Assembly: GCA_037305845.1 (NCBI GenBank)
Contig: CP147778.1
Coordinates: 2,176,001-2,240,000, forward strand
Reading direction: 5' to 3'
Length of the DNA stretch: 64,000 bases
Source of the DNA: Candidatus Freyarchaeum deiterrae
GTDB lineage: Archaea; Asgardarchaeota; Jordiarchaeia; Jordiarchaeales; Jordiarchaeaceae
The first letter of the stretch is position 1, and every line of letters starts with the position of its first letter. The position numbers and the translations under genes were made by a program. This document shows positions 51,741 to 61,869 of this stretch, piece by piece. The notes beneath the pieces were generated by a model. The model was not told the origin of the DNA. It saw only the letters and a program-made list of their open reading frames with translations, and did not search any database.

Positions 51741-53276
51741 TTGCCGATTAAGAGGGCTTTAATCAGTGTTTCAGACAAGAGTGGAATTGTGGATTTTGCA
51801 GTAAGGCTGTATGAAATGGGTATTCAGATAGTTGCCACCGGAGGAACCGCAGAATTGTTGAAAGATTTGATCCCTGTGGTCACTGTTTCAAGCATTACCA
51901 AATTCCCCGAAATGCTTGACGGACGAGTGAAAACTCTTCACCCCAACATTCACGCCGCCATACTCGCAAAACGAACTCCTGAGCATATGAAGCAGTTGGG
52001 TGAGCACAAGATTGTGCCTATAGACTTGGTGGTAGTGAATCTTTACCCCTTCAAAAAAACCATCGAAGAGAGTGATGATCTGGAAAGGGCACTGGAAAAC
52101 ATAGACATCGGAGGACTGGCTCTCATTAGATCTTCTGCGAAGAACTACCAAGACGTAGTGATTGTAGTGAATCCCTCAAGATACACCGAGATTATTGAGG
52201 AGTTAGAAGAAGGGGGAGATATTAGCAAAACAACCAGGGAACGACTGGCGGTGGAGGCCTTTCTACACACCGCCGAATATGACGACATAATATCGCGTTT
52301 TCTACAGAAAAAATTTGCCAGCCCAGAGGAATTTCCGAAAAACCTGAATTTAAGGTATGAGAAAATTCAGGATCTAAGTTACGGAGAGAATCCGCATCAG
52401 AAGGCTGCGTTTTACAGGGAGCCCGATGTTAAGGAATCATGTGTGTCTAACGCTGTTCAACTACACGGTAAGGATCTTTCCTTCAACAACGTCTATGACG
52501 CGAATTCGGCTTTAGAGCTAGTGAAGGAATTTGAGGAACCTACTGCAACAATCATAAAACACACCAACCCCTGCGGCACAGCGATTGGAAAAACCATAAG
52601 TGAAGCTTATAGAAAAGCCTACGAAACCGATACTGTATCTGCCTATGGAGGCATTGTGGGTTTAAACCGCGAAGTGGATAAAGAGACCGCAGAGCAAATA
52701 GCCACCACTTTCATTGAGGTGGTCATAGCTCCAGGCTACACCGATGAGGCTCTCGAAATACTAAAGCAAAGGAAGAATCTGAGGTTACTCGGAACGCCTC
52801 CCATAACACCCCCACTCCCAGGCTGGGACATGAAAAAGATTGTAGGAGGAATCCTAGTGGAAACCAGAGACGTAGTAAAGACAGATCCGAGTCAATTTAA
52901 AGTTGTGAGTAAGAGGAAGCCCACTCAGAATGAGTGGAAAGCAGCTCTTCTTGGTTGGAGAGTAGCGAAACACGTGAAATCAAACGCTATAGTTCTTGCA
53001 ACTGAGGATACAGCCGTGGGAATCGGAGCTGGCCAGATGAACAGAGTTGACTCAGCAAAGATCGCTATTGAGAAAGCCGGTGAAAAGGCAAAAGGCTCTG
53101 TTCTATGCTCGGATGGATTCATTCCTTTCAGAGACACCGTTGATGAAGCGGCAAAGGTGGGAGTAACTGCAATAATACAGCCCGGAGGCTCGGTGAGAGA
53201 CGCAGAGGTTAATACAGCTGCGGATGAAAACAACATGGCTATGATTCACACGGGAATAAGACACTTCAGGCACTAA
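51741..53276 (+). CDS. purH: Bifunctional AICAR transformylase / IMP cyclohydrolase
   Basis: RALISVSDK, GRVKTLHP, YGENPHQ, RHFRH. Confidence 0.96.
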   Translation: MPIKRALISVSDKSGIVDFAVRLYEMGIQIVATGGTAELLKDLIPVVTVSSITKFPEMLDGRVKTLHPNIHAAILAKRTPEHMKQLGEHKIVPIDLVVVNLYPFKKTIEESDDLERALENIDIGGLALIRSSAKNYQDVVIVVNPSRYTEIIEELEEGGDISKTTRERLAVEAFLHTAEYDDIISRFLQKKFASPEEFPKNLNLRYEKIQDLSYGENPHQKAAFYREPDVKESCVSNAVQLHGKDLSFNNVYDANSALELVKEFEEPTATIIKHTNPCGTAIGKTISEAYRKAYETDTVSAYGGIVGLNREVDKETAEQIATTFIEVVIAPGYTDEALEILKQRKNLRLLGTPPITPPLPGWDMKKIVGGILVETRDVVKTDPSQFKVVSKRKPTQNEWKAALLGWRVAKHVKSNAIVLATEDTAVGIGAGQMNRVDSAKIAIEKAGEKAKGSVLCSDGFIPFRDTVDEAAKVGVTAIIQPGGSVRDAEVNTAADENNMAMIHTGIRHFRH

Positions 53277-53380
53277 GCACAGATACTTGTGAACTCATAG
53301 GTCGCAGAATTTTTAAGCTATCTAGTTCTTGTTTTTCCAAGCAAATAACTCAAATCCTTAATTTTTTGAAGGAAACTATT

Positions 53381-54352
53381 ATGCAGGAGCCGCTGATTCC
53401 TAGTGATGTTTTGAAGCTTCTTAAGAAGCAGAAATACCAGATTGTAGGAAGACACTCCGCGGTGAAAAAATGTCGTTGGCTGCAAAACAGTCTGGTTCAG
53501 AATAGGCATTGCTACAAACAGGAATGGTATAACATCAATTCTCACAGATGTCTACAGATGACTCCCACCGTTATCTACTGCACCAATAGCTGCCTGTCAT
53601 GCTGGCGGGTGGAACCTGGAGACCACGGGTACAACTGGAACCAAATGGCTATCAAAAACTATGAGGTAGACTCCCCTGAAGAAATAATTGATGGGTGCCT
53701 TAAAGCTCAGAAAAAAATTTTATCCGGCTTCAAACCCCTCCACCATGAAAAGGTTTCTTGGGATAAATGGGAGGAAGCGATGGAACCAAAACACGCGGCG
53801 ATAAGTCTGGCTGGAGAGCCAACTCTTTATTCTCGCTTGAGTGAGCTGATTGAAGAGTTTCATAGAAGAGAAATGACCACTTTCCTCGTGAGCAATGGAA
53901 ATCTGCCCGAGGTACTCGCTGAAATCACGGAACCCACACAGCTCTATGTTTCTGTTTACGGACCTAATGAGGAAGTTTATAGAAGGAGTTGCCGCCCCCT
54001 TCTCAAAGACGCTTGGGACAGGCTAATGAAATCTTTGGAATTACTCAGCAGTTTTAGTTGCCCCACAGTTATGCGGTTAACATTGACAAACGGTTTGAAT
54101 TTCTCTGACCCAGAGGGATACGCCAAACTTGTGGAGAGAGCCAACCCCACATATGTAGAATGTAAAAGCTACGTTTCGGTGGGATACTCCCTACTGAGGA
54201 ACATGAGTGTGAACAACATGATCTGGGCCAGAGATGTAAAGGGATTCGCAGAAAAAATCGCCGAACATTCGGGATATAATGTGATTGGTCATTCCATCCC
54301 CAGCAGGGTTACTCTTCTAAGCCGGCTAAAAAAGCCCATAAAATTAGCTTAG
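53381..54352 (+). CDS. taw1: 4-demethylwyosine synthase Taw1/TYW1
   Basis: HSAVKKC, CYKQ, CTNSCLSCWR, SLAGEPT. Confidence 0.92.
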   Translation: MQEPLIPSDVLKLLKKQKYQIVGRHSAVKKCRWLQNSLVQNRHCYKQEWYNINSHRCLQMTPTVIYCTNSCLSCWRVEPGDHGYNWNQMAIKNYEVDSPEEIIDGCLKAQKKILSGFKPLHHEKVSWDKWEEAMEPKHAAISLAGEPTLYSRLSELIEEFHRREMTTFLVSNGNLPEVLAEITEPTQLYVSVYGPNEEVYRRSCRPLLKDAWDRLMKSLELLSSFSCPTVMRLTLTNGLNFSDPEGYAKLVERANPTYVECKSYVSVGYSLLRNMSVNNMIWARDVKGFAEKIAEHSGYNVIGHSIPSRVTLLSRLKKPIKLA

Positions 54353-54511
54353 TTAAAACCTTTGGTTATATACCAATAAGATATTACTGAAGAAGTTCTT
54401 AGCTTTGGTGCAGCTATTTGCCTGTCTTCCCAAGATTATTAAATTTTCTGCAAAACTCTTAAATTGTTAAAAGAGTTTATAATACCAATTCCCTTTTAGG
54501 GGGCAGGAATA

Positions 54512-54991
54512 TTGGTTGAAATAACGGAGGAAAAAGTAAACGCGATAAAAGCCTTATCACATCTCGCGCCCTTTTACGACTATTTAGGAATGGAAGTCGT
54601 AGACGTAAGGAACTGTTATGCTAAATTGAGAATACCTTGGAGAAAGGAATTGCTTCAAGTACAAGGTCTGATTCATGGAGGCGTCTTAGCAACATTATGC
54701 GACTCCGCTGTAGGTGTAGCATTACTCACATCATTAGATCCAGAAGACATTACAGTTACCATCGAATTGAACGTGAACTACTTGCTTCCTGTAAGAGCCG
54801 GAGAAATTGTCGCTGAAGGTAGAATACTCCACAGAGGCCGTAGAACCGCCTTGGGCGATGTGGAAGTTATGAATGAAGGCAACATCGTGTGCCATAGTTC
54901 GGCTACTTACATGATTATCAAAAAAGAGGATAGGGCATCAACTGAAGCGGCACCCACTTACAAAACTAAAAAATACAGATGCGATTTCTAA
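54512..54991 (+). CDS. PaaI-family thioesterase, paralog 1
   Basis: HGGVLATLCD. Confidence 0.9.
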   Translation: MVEITEEKVNAIKALSHLAPFYDYLGMEVVDVRNCYAKLRIPWRKELLQVQGLIHGGVLATLCDSAVGVALLTSLDPEDITVTIELNVNYLLPVRAGEIVAEGRILHRGRRTALGDVEVMNEGNIVCHSSATYMIIKKEDRASTEAAPTYKTKKYRCDF

Positions 54992-55211
54992 ACAGTTTTT
55001 CTTGCGATTTTTTGTAAGGCTAGCACCATTCACTTCTAAACTTTTTAAAACTCCTTTTATATTTCGAATTTTTATTTTTACATTTGACTACTGCTAGTTG
55101 AGCCCTTACCAAAATCTACTATGTTAGCCTCTTGGATTGAGTTTTTACACCTAAATTTTTAAATCCTTAAAAACAATTTTGTAACTCGTCCTATTTTAGG
55201 AGTAGATACAA

Positions 55212-55673
55212 TTGGTTAAACTGACGAATGATAATGCAAAATTGGTAAAAGATATTTTGAATTCCTCACCATTTTACAAACTTTTAGGTATGGAAATACT
55301 AGACATAAAAGAAAACTATTCCAAGTTGAGAATACCCTGGAAAGAAGATTTATTACAGTTACAGGGAGTTGCCCACGGAGGGGTGTTAGCGTCAATAGCC
55401 GACGCTGCAGTAGCAATAGCATTATTCTCCTTAGTGGATTTGAACGACATCATATCCACTATCGAGCTAAAGATAAACTATTTAGCCCCAATAAAATCTG
55501 GAGAAATCATTGCTGAGGGGAGAATAGTCCACAAAGGAGCCAGAATCGCCCTAGGCGAAGTTGACGTAAAAAACGAGGGTAGGCTCGTAGGCAAAGCCTT
55601 GTCTACCTACATGATCATAAAAAATGAGGGAAAAGATTTACCGTACAAAATACCAAAGGCAGAAACCAGATAA
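55212..55673 (+). CDS. PaaI-family thioesterase, paralog 2
   Basis: HGGVLASIAD. Confidence 0.9.
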   Translation: MVKLTNDNAKLVKDILNSSPFYKLLGMEILDIKENYSKLRIPWKEDLLQLQGVAHGGVLASIADAAVAIALFSLVDLNDIISTIELKINYLAPIKSGEIIAEGRIVHKGARIALGEVDVKNEGRLVGKALSTYMIIKNEGKDLPYKIPKAETR

Positions 55674-55884
55674 ACGGGTTATGAATCGCATATTTTTTGG
55701 TGAATATCTGCGACTCTTGGAGTTCGCCATTCTCTCGCTTTTTGCAGTTTCATTGAAAGCTCGTTATCGAACTGCTCCCCGATAAGGTCGAATCCACCCC
55801 ATGCATTTTCCCTCCGACCCTTTCGAGACCGAGTTCACACACATGAGGAAGGTTCCTACCGTATCTCAGTTGAGCTTTGTACGC

Positions 55885-56109
55885 TCATCTTTTTCTCTTT
55901 GTCTTCTTTACTGTTTTTTTCTTTTGTTCTTGTTTCTTCTTTTCCTGTTTCTTTTTCTCTTCTTGTTTCTTCTTTTCCTGTTTCTTTTTCTCTTCTTGTT
56001 TCTTCTTTTCCTGTTTCTTTTTCTCTTCTTGTTTCTTCTTTTGTTCTAGTTTCTTCTTTTGTTCTTGTTTCTTCTTCTCGTCACTTACCTTTTTTTTTCT
56101 TTGCGGCAC
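55885..56109 (-). CDS. Lys/Gln/Glu-rich low-complexity small protein
   Basis: 74-aa ORF with repeated KKKQE; repeat units keep the frame. Confidence 0.45.
   Translation of the reverse strand: MPQRKKKVSDEKKKQEQKKKLEQKKKQEEKKKQEKKKQEEKKKQEKKKQEEKKKQEKKKQEQKKKTVKKTKRKR
55927..56042. repeat. 33-bp tandem repeat (about 3.5 copies)
   Basis: ttcctgtttctttttctcttcttgtttcttctt at 55942, 55975 and 56008. Confidence 0.9.
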
Positions 56110-56415
56110 TTCTTTTCACTTCTCCTCTCTTGTTGCTCCATTCGGGACTTTTCACATCCTCAACATTTGGAGCACATATTATTTAGAGCAGATAACTATT
56201 ATTTATTTATGTCTACTTTACCTAAAGCCGAAACTGTTTCGATGGATGTGAGAGAAGAGGAGGTTTCGTCGTGGGGTTGCGAGGTTTGGTCATCTGCTCT
56301 AAAAAAAGATGTTCTTCAAAAGACGAAAAGGATACGATAGAATAGAATCAGGACAAGTGGTTTCTCGATCTTGACCTCGTGGAAGTCCTCCCCTTCCTCC
56401 CTTCCTCTCCAGTCC

Positions 56416-57243
56416 TTAATCACTCTTTGATCTTTCCCGCCCTAGCTCCTTCAGCTCCTTAATTTTTTGAACAATCAGGGGTAAAGCTATGTTTGATGGA
56501 AGTCTAATCACTACGTCGCATAAATCTGAGATACCAGTTTCGTAAGGATTAACTTCAATCAACCATGCATTGTTCATCTCTTTGGCTCTAATAGGCAATC
56601 CCGCTGCAGGATACACGAGCGCCGACGTTCCGATTGCTAAGAAACAATCGGATTTCGAAGATTCTAGGAAACACTTTCCAAGTACATCTCCAGGTATATT
56701 TTCACCGAATAACACGGTATCATTCTTAATTATCCCCATTTTGCATTCTGGGCATTTTGGTGGGAGACTATCTAGAGTGATTGAGAATGTTTTGGGTTCG
56801 AATCTCTTTCCGCAGGCGATGCATCTTAGAAGTGAGGCGTTTCCATGGATTTCGGCTATATTTTTGCTTCCTGCTCTACGATGTAGATTATCAATATTCT
56901 GAGTAATTAGGCATTTTAGGAATCCCATTTTTTCGAGTTCTGCCAGAGCTAAGTGTGAGGGATTAGGCTCAGCTGTTGAGAGCGTCTCTGTAAAATCACG
57001 GTAAAAACCCGTTTTATTGATTCTCTGTTCCCACCATTTCACTGGGTCTTCTAGGAATCTCTGGTAATCGTTTAGCGGGGGTTCTCCGTGCTTAGTCCAA
57101 AGACCGTCCGGTCCTCTAAAAGGAGGTATTCCGCTTGCAACTGATACGCCGGCTCCGGTAAGCGCTACGACATATTTGGAAACCTTAATTATTCTTGCGG
57201 CTTCTTCGATTTCTTCCTTGTATTGATTTATTTCCTCTCCCAT
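56416..57243 (-). CDS. cobB: Sir2-family NAD-dependent deacylase
   Basis: GAGVS..SGIPPFRG, TQNID, HG, Zn cysteines, GTS. Confidence 0.92.
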   Translation of the reverse strand: MGEEINQYKEEIEEAARIIKVSKYVVALTGAGVSVASGIPPFRGPDGLWTKHGEPPLNDYQRFLEDPVKWWEQRINKTGFYRDFTETLSTAEPNPSHLALAELEKMGFLKCLITQNIDNLHRRAGSKNIAEIHGNASLLRCIACGKRFEPKTFSITLDSLPPKCPECKMGIIKNDTVLFGENIPGDVLGKCFLESSKSDCFLAIGTSALVYPAAGLPIRAKEMNNAWLIEVNPYETGISDLCDVVIRLPSNIALPLIVQKIKELKELGRERSKSD

Positions 57244-57461
57244 TTTGGATCAGCTCATTTCATTTGGGGATATTAGGCTTTGAAGCATGCTAATTATACT
57301 TTTGCTTGTTAGATTTTAAATCGTTTTTTGTTTTCATTATTGGTTTTATTGTATTTTTGTAATTGTTTGGGAAAGATTCAAATTAATAGTATACATAATC
57401 CTCTCAAAATTACGTGTGTTGTCCTCACGCTTTAAGACAAGCCTAATAGGGGAGTATAAAG

Positions 57462-58133
57462 TTGAGTAAAAAAGAACCAGAAGGAACATCTGATTTAGAG
57501 CGTATAATAGCCAGTATTGTTCATAATCTGGATGAGCAATATGATTTGAGAGAGTTAACTTTAACACTTTCAAGAGATATAATCAGGATTTCTGGGCAGG
57601 CCATTAAATTGATTCACCGCCTAGATTTTGATAACGCTGCAATAAAAATTGAAGAGGCTAGGAATAAGTTAGACGAGATCGATGAAAAAATTATGAAATA
57701 TCCTGAATTTAGGGAGAAGGGTTTCATTAGCTCGGCTTTTCAGGAATATACTGAGGCTCGGGTTCTTTTATCGCTTCTTAAAGATAACAAGTTTATTTCC
57801 AACGAGGATTTACGTGTACCCAGCGTTCCTTACCTATTGGGATTGGGTGATTTGATAGGTGAATTAAGGAGACATATTTTGGATTCTATAAGGCGGGAGG
57901 AAGTAGAAAAAGCCGAAAAGCTACTTGACCTTATGGAGGAAGTGTATATACAGCTGGTGGCAATCGATTATCCCGACGCCTTAATTTCGGGTCTTAGGCA
58001 CAAATGCGACGTCGCTCGGAGCCTGGTTGAAAAAACTCGGGGCGACATAACCTTAGCACTTCAAAACAAGAAACTCATAAAGAAAGTTGAAAATCTTTCA
58101 GAGCTTCTTGGAGGGAAAAGTAACGAAACTTGA
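57462..58133 (+). CDS. Translin/TRAX family protein
   Basis: RE..SRDI, QEYTEA, YLLGLGDLIGELRR. Confidence 0.9.
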   Translation: MSKKEPEGTSDLERIIASIVHNLDEQYDLRELTLTLSRDIIRISGQAIKLIHRLDFDNAAIKIEEARNKLDEIDEKIMKYPEFREKGFISSAFQEYTEARVLLSLLKDNKFISNEDLRVPSVPYLLGLGDLIGELRRHILDSIRREEVEKAEKLLDLMEEVYIQLVAIDYPDALISGLRHKCDVARSLVEKTRGDITLALQNKKLIKKVENLSELLGGKSNET

Positions 58134-59673
58134 TATCAATAAAATACTCGCTAGGGCGGAGCAGGATTATGAGAAGGCTTGGCTTGAAACGAAGGTTTTA
58201 CTCACCCTGAAGGGCAGAAGATTCAAGTTGAAGCGTAAGGGCGTTCCCAATCCCATAACTGAATTTATGATTGAGTTTAGAAAAACACTAATCGAAATGG
58301 GATTCGAGGAAGTCATACTTCCCATGATCACGAGTGAGTCGGATATCTACAAGGAATACGGACCTGAATCCGCTGTGATTCTTGATAGATTGTTTTATTT
58401 GGCTGGCCTTCCGAGGCCTGATATCGGGCTGAGTGAAAACTCTATCAAAAAAATAATACAAATTGTGCCCGGGTTTACCAAGACTAAAGAATTGCAAGAT
58501 ATTCTTAGAAGATATAAAAGGAACGAGATAGAGTCGGATGACTTGGTTGAGATTATGGTTACAGAGCTAGCAATAAGAGAGGAGCAAGCAACAAGTATTG
58601 TTGACAACGTTTTTCCCGAATTTAAGAAACGAATACCGATTCCCACCGACTTGACTTTAAGATCGCATATGACTGCACTATGGTTTCCTGTTCTCTCAGC
58701 TCTTCAGAGTAAATGCGAACTTCCCGTTCAACTTTTCACTATGGGAAGTAAATTTAGGAGGGAACAGAAATTGGATGCTACACACCTTTACTCATCCTAT
58801 ACAACCTCCTTTGTCATTATGGCGGAGGAGATAACCCTAGAAGATGGCATGGAAATAGTGCGTGAGCTTCTAAAAAAAATTGGTTTCGAGGAAGTGGATT
58901 TCAGAGTTAAAAAAGCCACTTCTAAATATTACGCGCCTCAAACAGAGTTTGAAATATTCGTCAAGCATCCCAAAACAGGACAGTGGCTAGAAGTGGGAGA
59001 CAGTGGTTTTTACTCCCCAGTCAGCCTTGCAAAATTTGGTATCGAATACCCTGTTTTAAATGCCGGTTTCGGAATGGAGCGATTTGTAATGATAAAAACT
59101 GGAGAAACCGACATTCGACAGCTTACTTACCCCTACTTCTACAAGGAGACAACTTTTACTGATGAAGAACTCGCCAAAGGAATTTGTATAGAGGAGGAGC
59201 CGATAACTGAAACAGGTAAAAAGATTAGGGAAGCGTTGATTAAAACCGCAGAAACTTGTAAAAACGAGGAAGCTCCCTGTGAATTTGTCGCTTGGGAGGG
59301 GATGGTTGATGGAAAAAACATTAAGGTTAAAATCTGGGAGAGAGACACGGATACGAAGCTTTTAGGGGCGGCGATTCTGAACCAAATATACGTTCTTGAT
59401 GGGAATGTGTTCGGTCTTCCAGAGGACAAGGCGGTTGGAACACCAACTGGTATTAGATATCTTGACGCCCTGGCAGCTTATGCGGCTCGGAAGATTGAGG
59501 AAATGATTGAAAGAAACGAAAGAGAAATAAGCCTAAGAATAAGAATGGCGAAGAAAGCTTCGGATGTAAACATAGAAGTAAAGACATCAGTAAGGCGTTT
59601 TATCACCTCAAACAGTAAAAAAATAGATATAAGGGGCCCCGTATTCTTTGGTGTGGCCGCAACAGTGGAATGA
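58087..59673 (+). CDS. sepS: O-phosphoseryl-tRNA(Cys) synthetase
   Basis: LDRLFYLAGLPRPDIG, LRSHMT, FRREQ, SKYY, YSPVSL, IDIRGPVF; homologous start probably near 58123. Confidence 0.93.
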   Translation: MKIFQSFLEGKVTKLDINKILARAEQDYEKAWLETKVLLTLKGRRFKLKRKGVPNPITEFMIEFRKTLIEMGFEEVILPMITSESDIYKEYGPESAVILDRLFYLAGLPRPDIGLSENSIKKIIQIVPGFTKTKELQDILRRYKRNEIESDDLVEIMVTELAIREEQATSIVDNVFPEFKKRIPIPTDLTLRSHMTALWFPVLSALQSKCELPVQLFTMGSKFRREQKLDATHLYSSYTTSFVIMAEEITLEDGMEIVRELLKKIGFEEVDFRVKKATSKYYAPQTEFEIFVKHPKTGQWLEVGDSGFYSPVSLAKFGIEYPVLNAGFGMERFVMIKTGETDIRQLTYPYFYKETTFTDEELAKGICIEEEPITETGKKIREALIKTAETCKNEEAPCEFVAWEGMVDGKNIKVKIWERDTDTKLLGAAILNQIYVLDGNVFGLPEDKAVGTPTGIRYLDALAAYAARKIEEMIERNEREISLRIRMAKKASDVNIEVKTSVRRFITSNSKKIDIRGPVFFGVAATVE

Positions 59674-59720
59674 AACAAATATTACACCTGCTTGTTACTC
59701 TAAATGGTTAAGAGGGTTGA

Positions 59721-60404
59721 TTGTTGGACGAAGAGCTTTGGTTTACTCTGTTTACGCTCGCAAGAATGGGAGCTCAGTCAAAGGCCCTAGAAATATCATC
59801 CACTATACTGGGTGAAAAAATGAACGTAAGTCAGCAAACGGCTTCTCGTCGTTTACAACAGTTAGAGGAAAAGGGTTGGCTGAGCCGAGAAATAACAAGA
59901 AAAGGTCAGTTTGTTCGGCTGACGGATCAGGGAATGAATATCCTCTTGGAAATATATCTGTGGCTTCAAACAATATTTGACAAGAAACCACCTGTTCTCA
60001 TAATTGAGGGTGAACTATTCAGCGGAATGCGTGAAGGAGGATACTACATCTCAGAAGAAGGCTACAGGCGCCAGTTTAAAGAAAAATTGGGATTCGAACC
60101 TTATCCCGGAACACTGAATTTGAAACTCAAATCCCGCTCCGACCAACAAGCCAAAAAAACGCTCCAAAACTACCCAGGAATTATTATCGAACAATTCGAA
60201 AACAAGGGAAGAACATTTGGAGCGGTAAAATGTTTCAAAACCCTGATTAATGATAAAGAAGAGGGGGCTGTTCTGCTAATTCAACGCACACACTATGGAG
60301 AAGATGTTTTAGAAGTCATATCACCGGAACGTCTCAGAGAAAAATTGAGACTTAAAGACGGGGAAAAGGTCAGACTAAATATATTCCTCACTCAAGTTGA
60401 GTAA
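59721..60404 (+). CDS. ribK: CTP-dependent riboflavin kinase with N-terminal HTH
   Basis: SQQTASRRL, SGMREG, PYPGTLN, RTHY. Confidence 0.92.
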   Translation: MLDEELWFTLFTLARMGAQSKALEISSTILGEKMNVSQQTASRRLQQLEEKGWLSREITRKGQFVRLTDQGMNILLEIYLWLQTIFDKKPPVLIIEGELFSGMREGGYYISEEGYRRQFKEKLGFEPYPGTLNLKLKSRSDQQAKKTLQNYPGIIIEQFENKGRTFGAVKCFKTLINDKEEGAVLLIQRTHYGEDVLEVISPERLREKLRLKDGEKVRLNIFLTQVE

Positions 60405-60514
60405 AGGGAGAGTAAAATTACAAAATTTTTGATAATCAATAACCACAAAAAATAAAACAAAAAGAATTTTCTGTCTAATCGCAAAAGATTCGTAGGAAAG
60501 CAGGGAAAAAAACA

Positions 60515-60994
60515 TTGACTGATCATGGAAAAATAGTTATTGCATTTGGAACCTTTGATTTGGTGCACATTGGGCACATAAAATTCTTTGAAGAAGCTAA
60601 GAAACTCGGAGGTAAAAATGCGCAGTTAATAGTGGTCATCTCTAGAGATTCTAATGTACTAAAAATAAAGAAACGCCCACCTATTTTTAACGAAGAAGAA
60701 AGAAAAGCGGTCATTGAAGCACTGAAACCGGTAGATAAAGCAATACTGGGCTATGAAGGAGAGGACATGCTCCAAATAGTTAAGGAAAACAATCCCGACA
60801 TAATTGTTCTTGGTTACGACCAAAGAATCAAACCTCAAGATTTTCAAAAATTTGAACAGGACTTAAAAGAAAGGGGAATTAAAGCAAAAGTGGTGCGTCT
60901 TCCCAAATACGGCACAGGGTTAAACAGCTCCACAGTCATTGTAAAGAGAATTCTAGAAAGAAACAAAAATAATTCAGAGAACCAAAAGGAGTAA
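60515..60994 (+). CDS. ribL: FAD synthase (cytidylyltransferase fold)
   Basis: GTFDLVHIGH, LGYDQ; next to ribK. Confidence 0.85.
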   Translation: MTDHGKIVIAFGTFDLVHIGHIKFFEEAKKLGGKNAQLIVVISRDSNVLKIKKRPPIFNEEERKAVIEALKPVDKAILGYEGEDMLQIVKENNPDIIVLGYDQRIKPQDFQKFEQDLKERGIKAKVVRLPKYGTGLNSSTVIVKRILERNKNNSENQKE

Positions 60995-61079
60995 CCCTCT
61001 ATCCTTATACAATTTGTATACGACCGCCATTTTGTGTTTCTAAAAAATTAAAAGATCTTGATTATTTGGGGGAGCGTTA

Positions 61080-61853
61080 TTGAAAACAATAAAAATCGAA
61101 GAAGGCTTACCCTTATCCCAAATTCTGGAAAAATATCCAGAATCAATAAGTCCCTATCTAAAATCAGTAAACCCCCCAAAAATAGACTTGAAAAACAAAA
61201 ATGCTCTCGCGATTTATAATAAAATAATTGCTCAAGAAATTCTAGGAATCGAATTTTCTTTTCATCCAAAAGCATTAGTCCCTGCTGTAATGAGTAGATT
61301 CGAATTCGTTAAACTGGCAGTAAAGCCACACGAGACCGTTATCGATGCAGGAACCGGATCGGTGGCTATATGTGCAATAATAGCAGCCAAGTATTTAGAA
61401 GCCGAGGTCTATGCCACAGAAGTGATGGGAGAGTACTACGAAAACGCAAAAAGAAATATAATTCAGAACTCTCTTCAGGACAGAATTCACTTGATAAAAT
61501 CCTATGGTGGAATAATTGATGGTGTTATCCCTAGCGGCTTAAATTTCGATGCCATCATAAGCAACCCTCCCTACCTGCCCTCGAAAGCAAGGCTTGCCGA
61601 TAACAAATTCGGAGGAAGCGTGGAGGAGTTAACAGGCGGAGGAAAAACCGGCGCCGATTTTTCATTAAAGTTTGTGGAGGAAAGTGTTTCTCGCTTAAAT
61701 GATGGCGGTAGAATAGCGCTTATGATACCTATGAAAAAGAAAAAAATCTCTGAGAGCATCGCCCTGCAGATGGAAAATGAGAACTTGAATATTCAGAGCA
61801 TTCGTTTGATAACTGGGAACCGGGAACGTCTAGTAATAATTGGAAACAAGTAG
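61080..61853 (+). CDS. SAM-dependent N-methyltransferase (RlmF/HemK-like)
   Basis: DAGTG, SNPPY, LVP. Confidence 0.8.
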   Translation: MKTIKIEEGLPLSQILEKYPESISPYLKSVNPPKIDLKNKNALAIYNKIIAQEILGIEFSFHPKALVPAVMSRFEFVKLAVKPHETVIDAGTGSVAICAIIAAKYLEAEVYATEVMGEYYENAKRNIIQNSLQDRIHLIKSYGGIIDGVIPSGLNFDAIISNPPYLPSKARLADNKFGGSVEELTGGGKTGADFSLKFVEESVSRLNDGGRIALMIPMKKKKISESIALQMENENLNIQSIRLITGNRERLVIIGNK

Positions 61854-61869
61854 ATATTCTCAAACGCAA

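Noticed and set aside
55927-56042. CRISPR array
   Set aside because: The repeats are contiguous and low-complexity with no spacers
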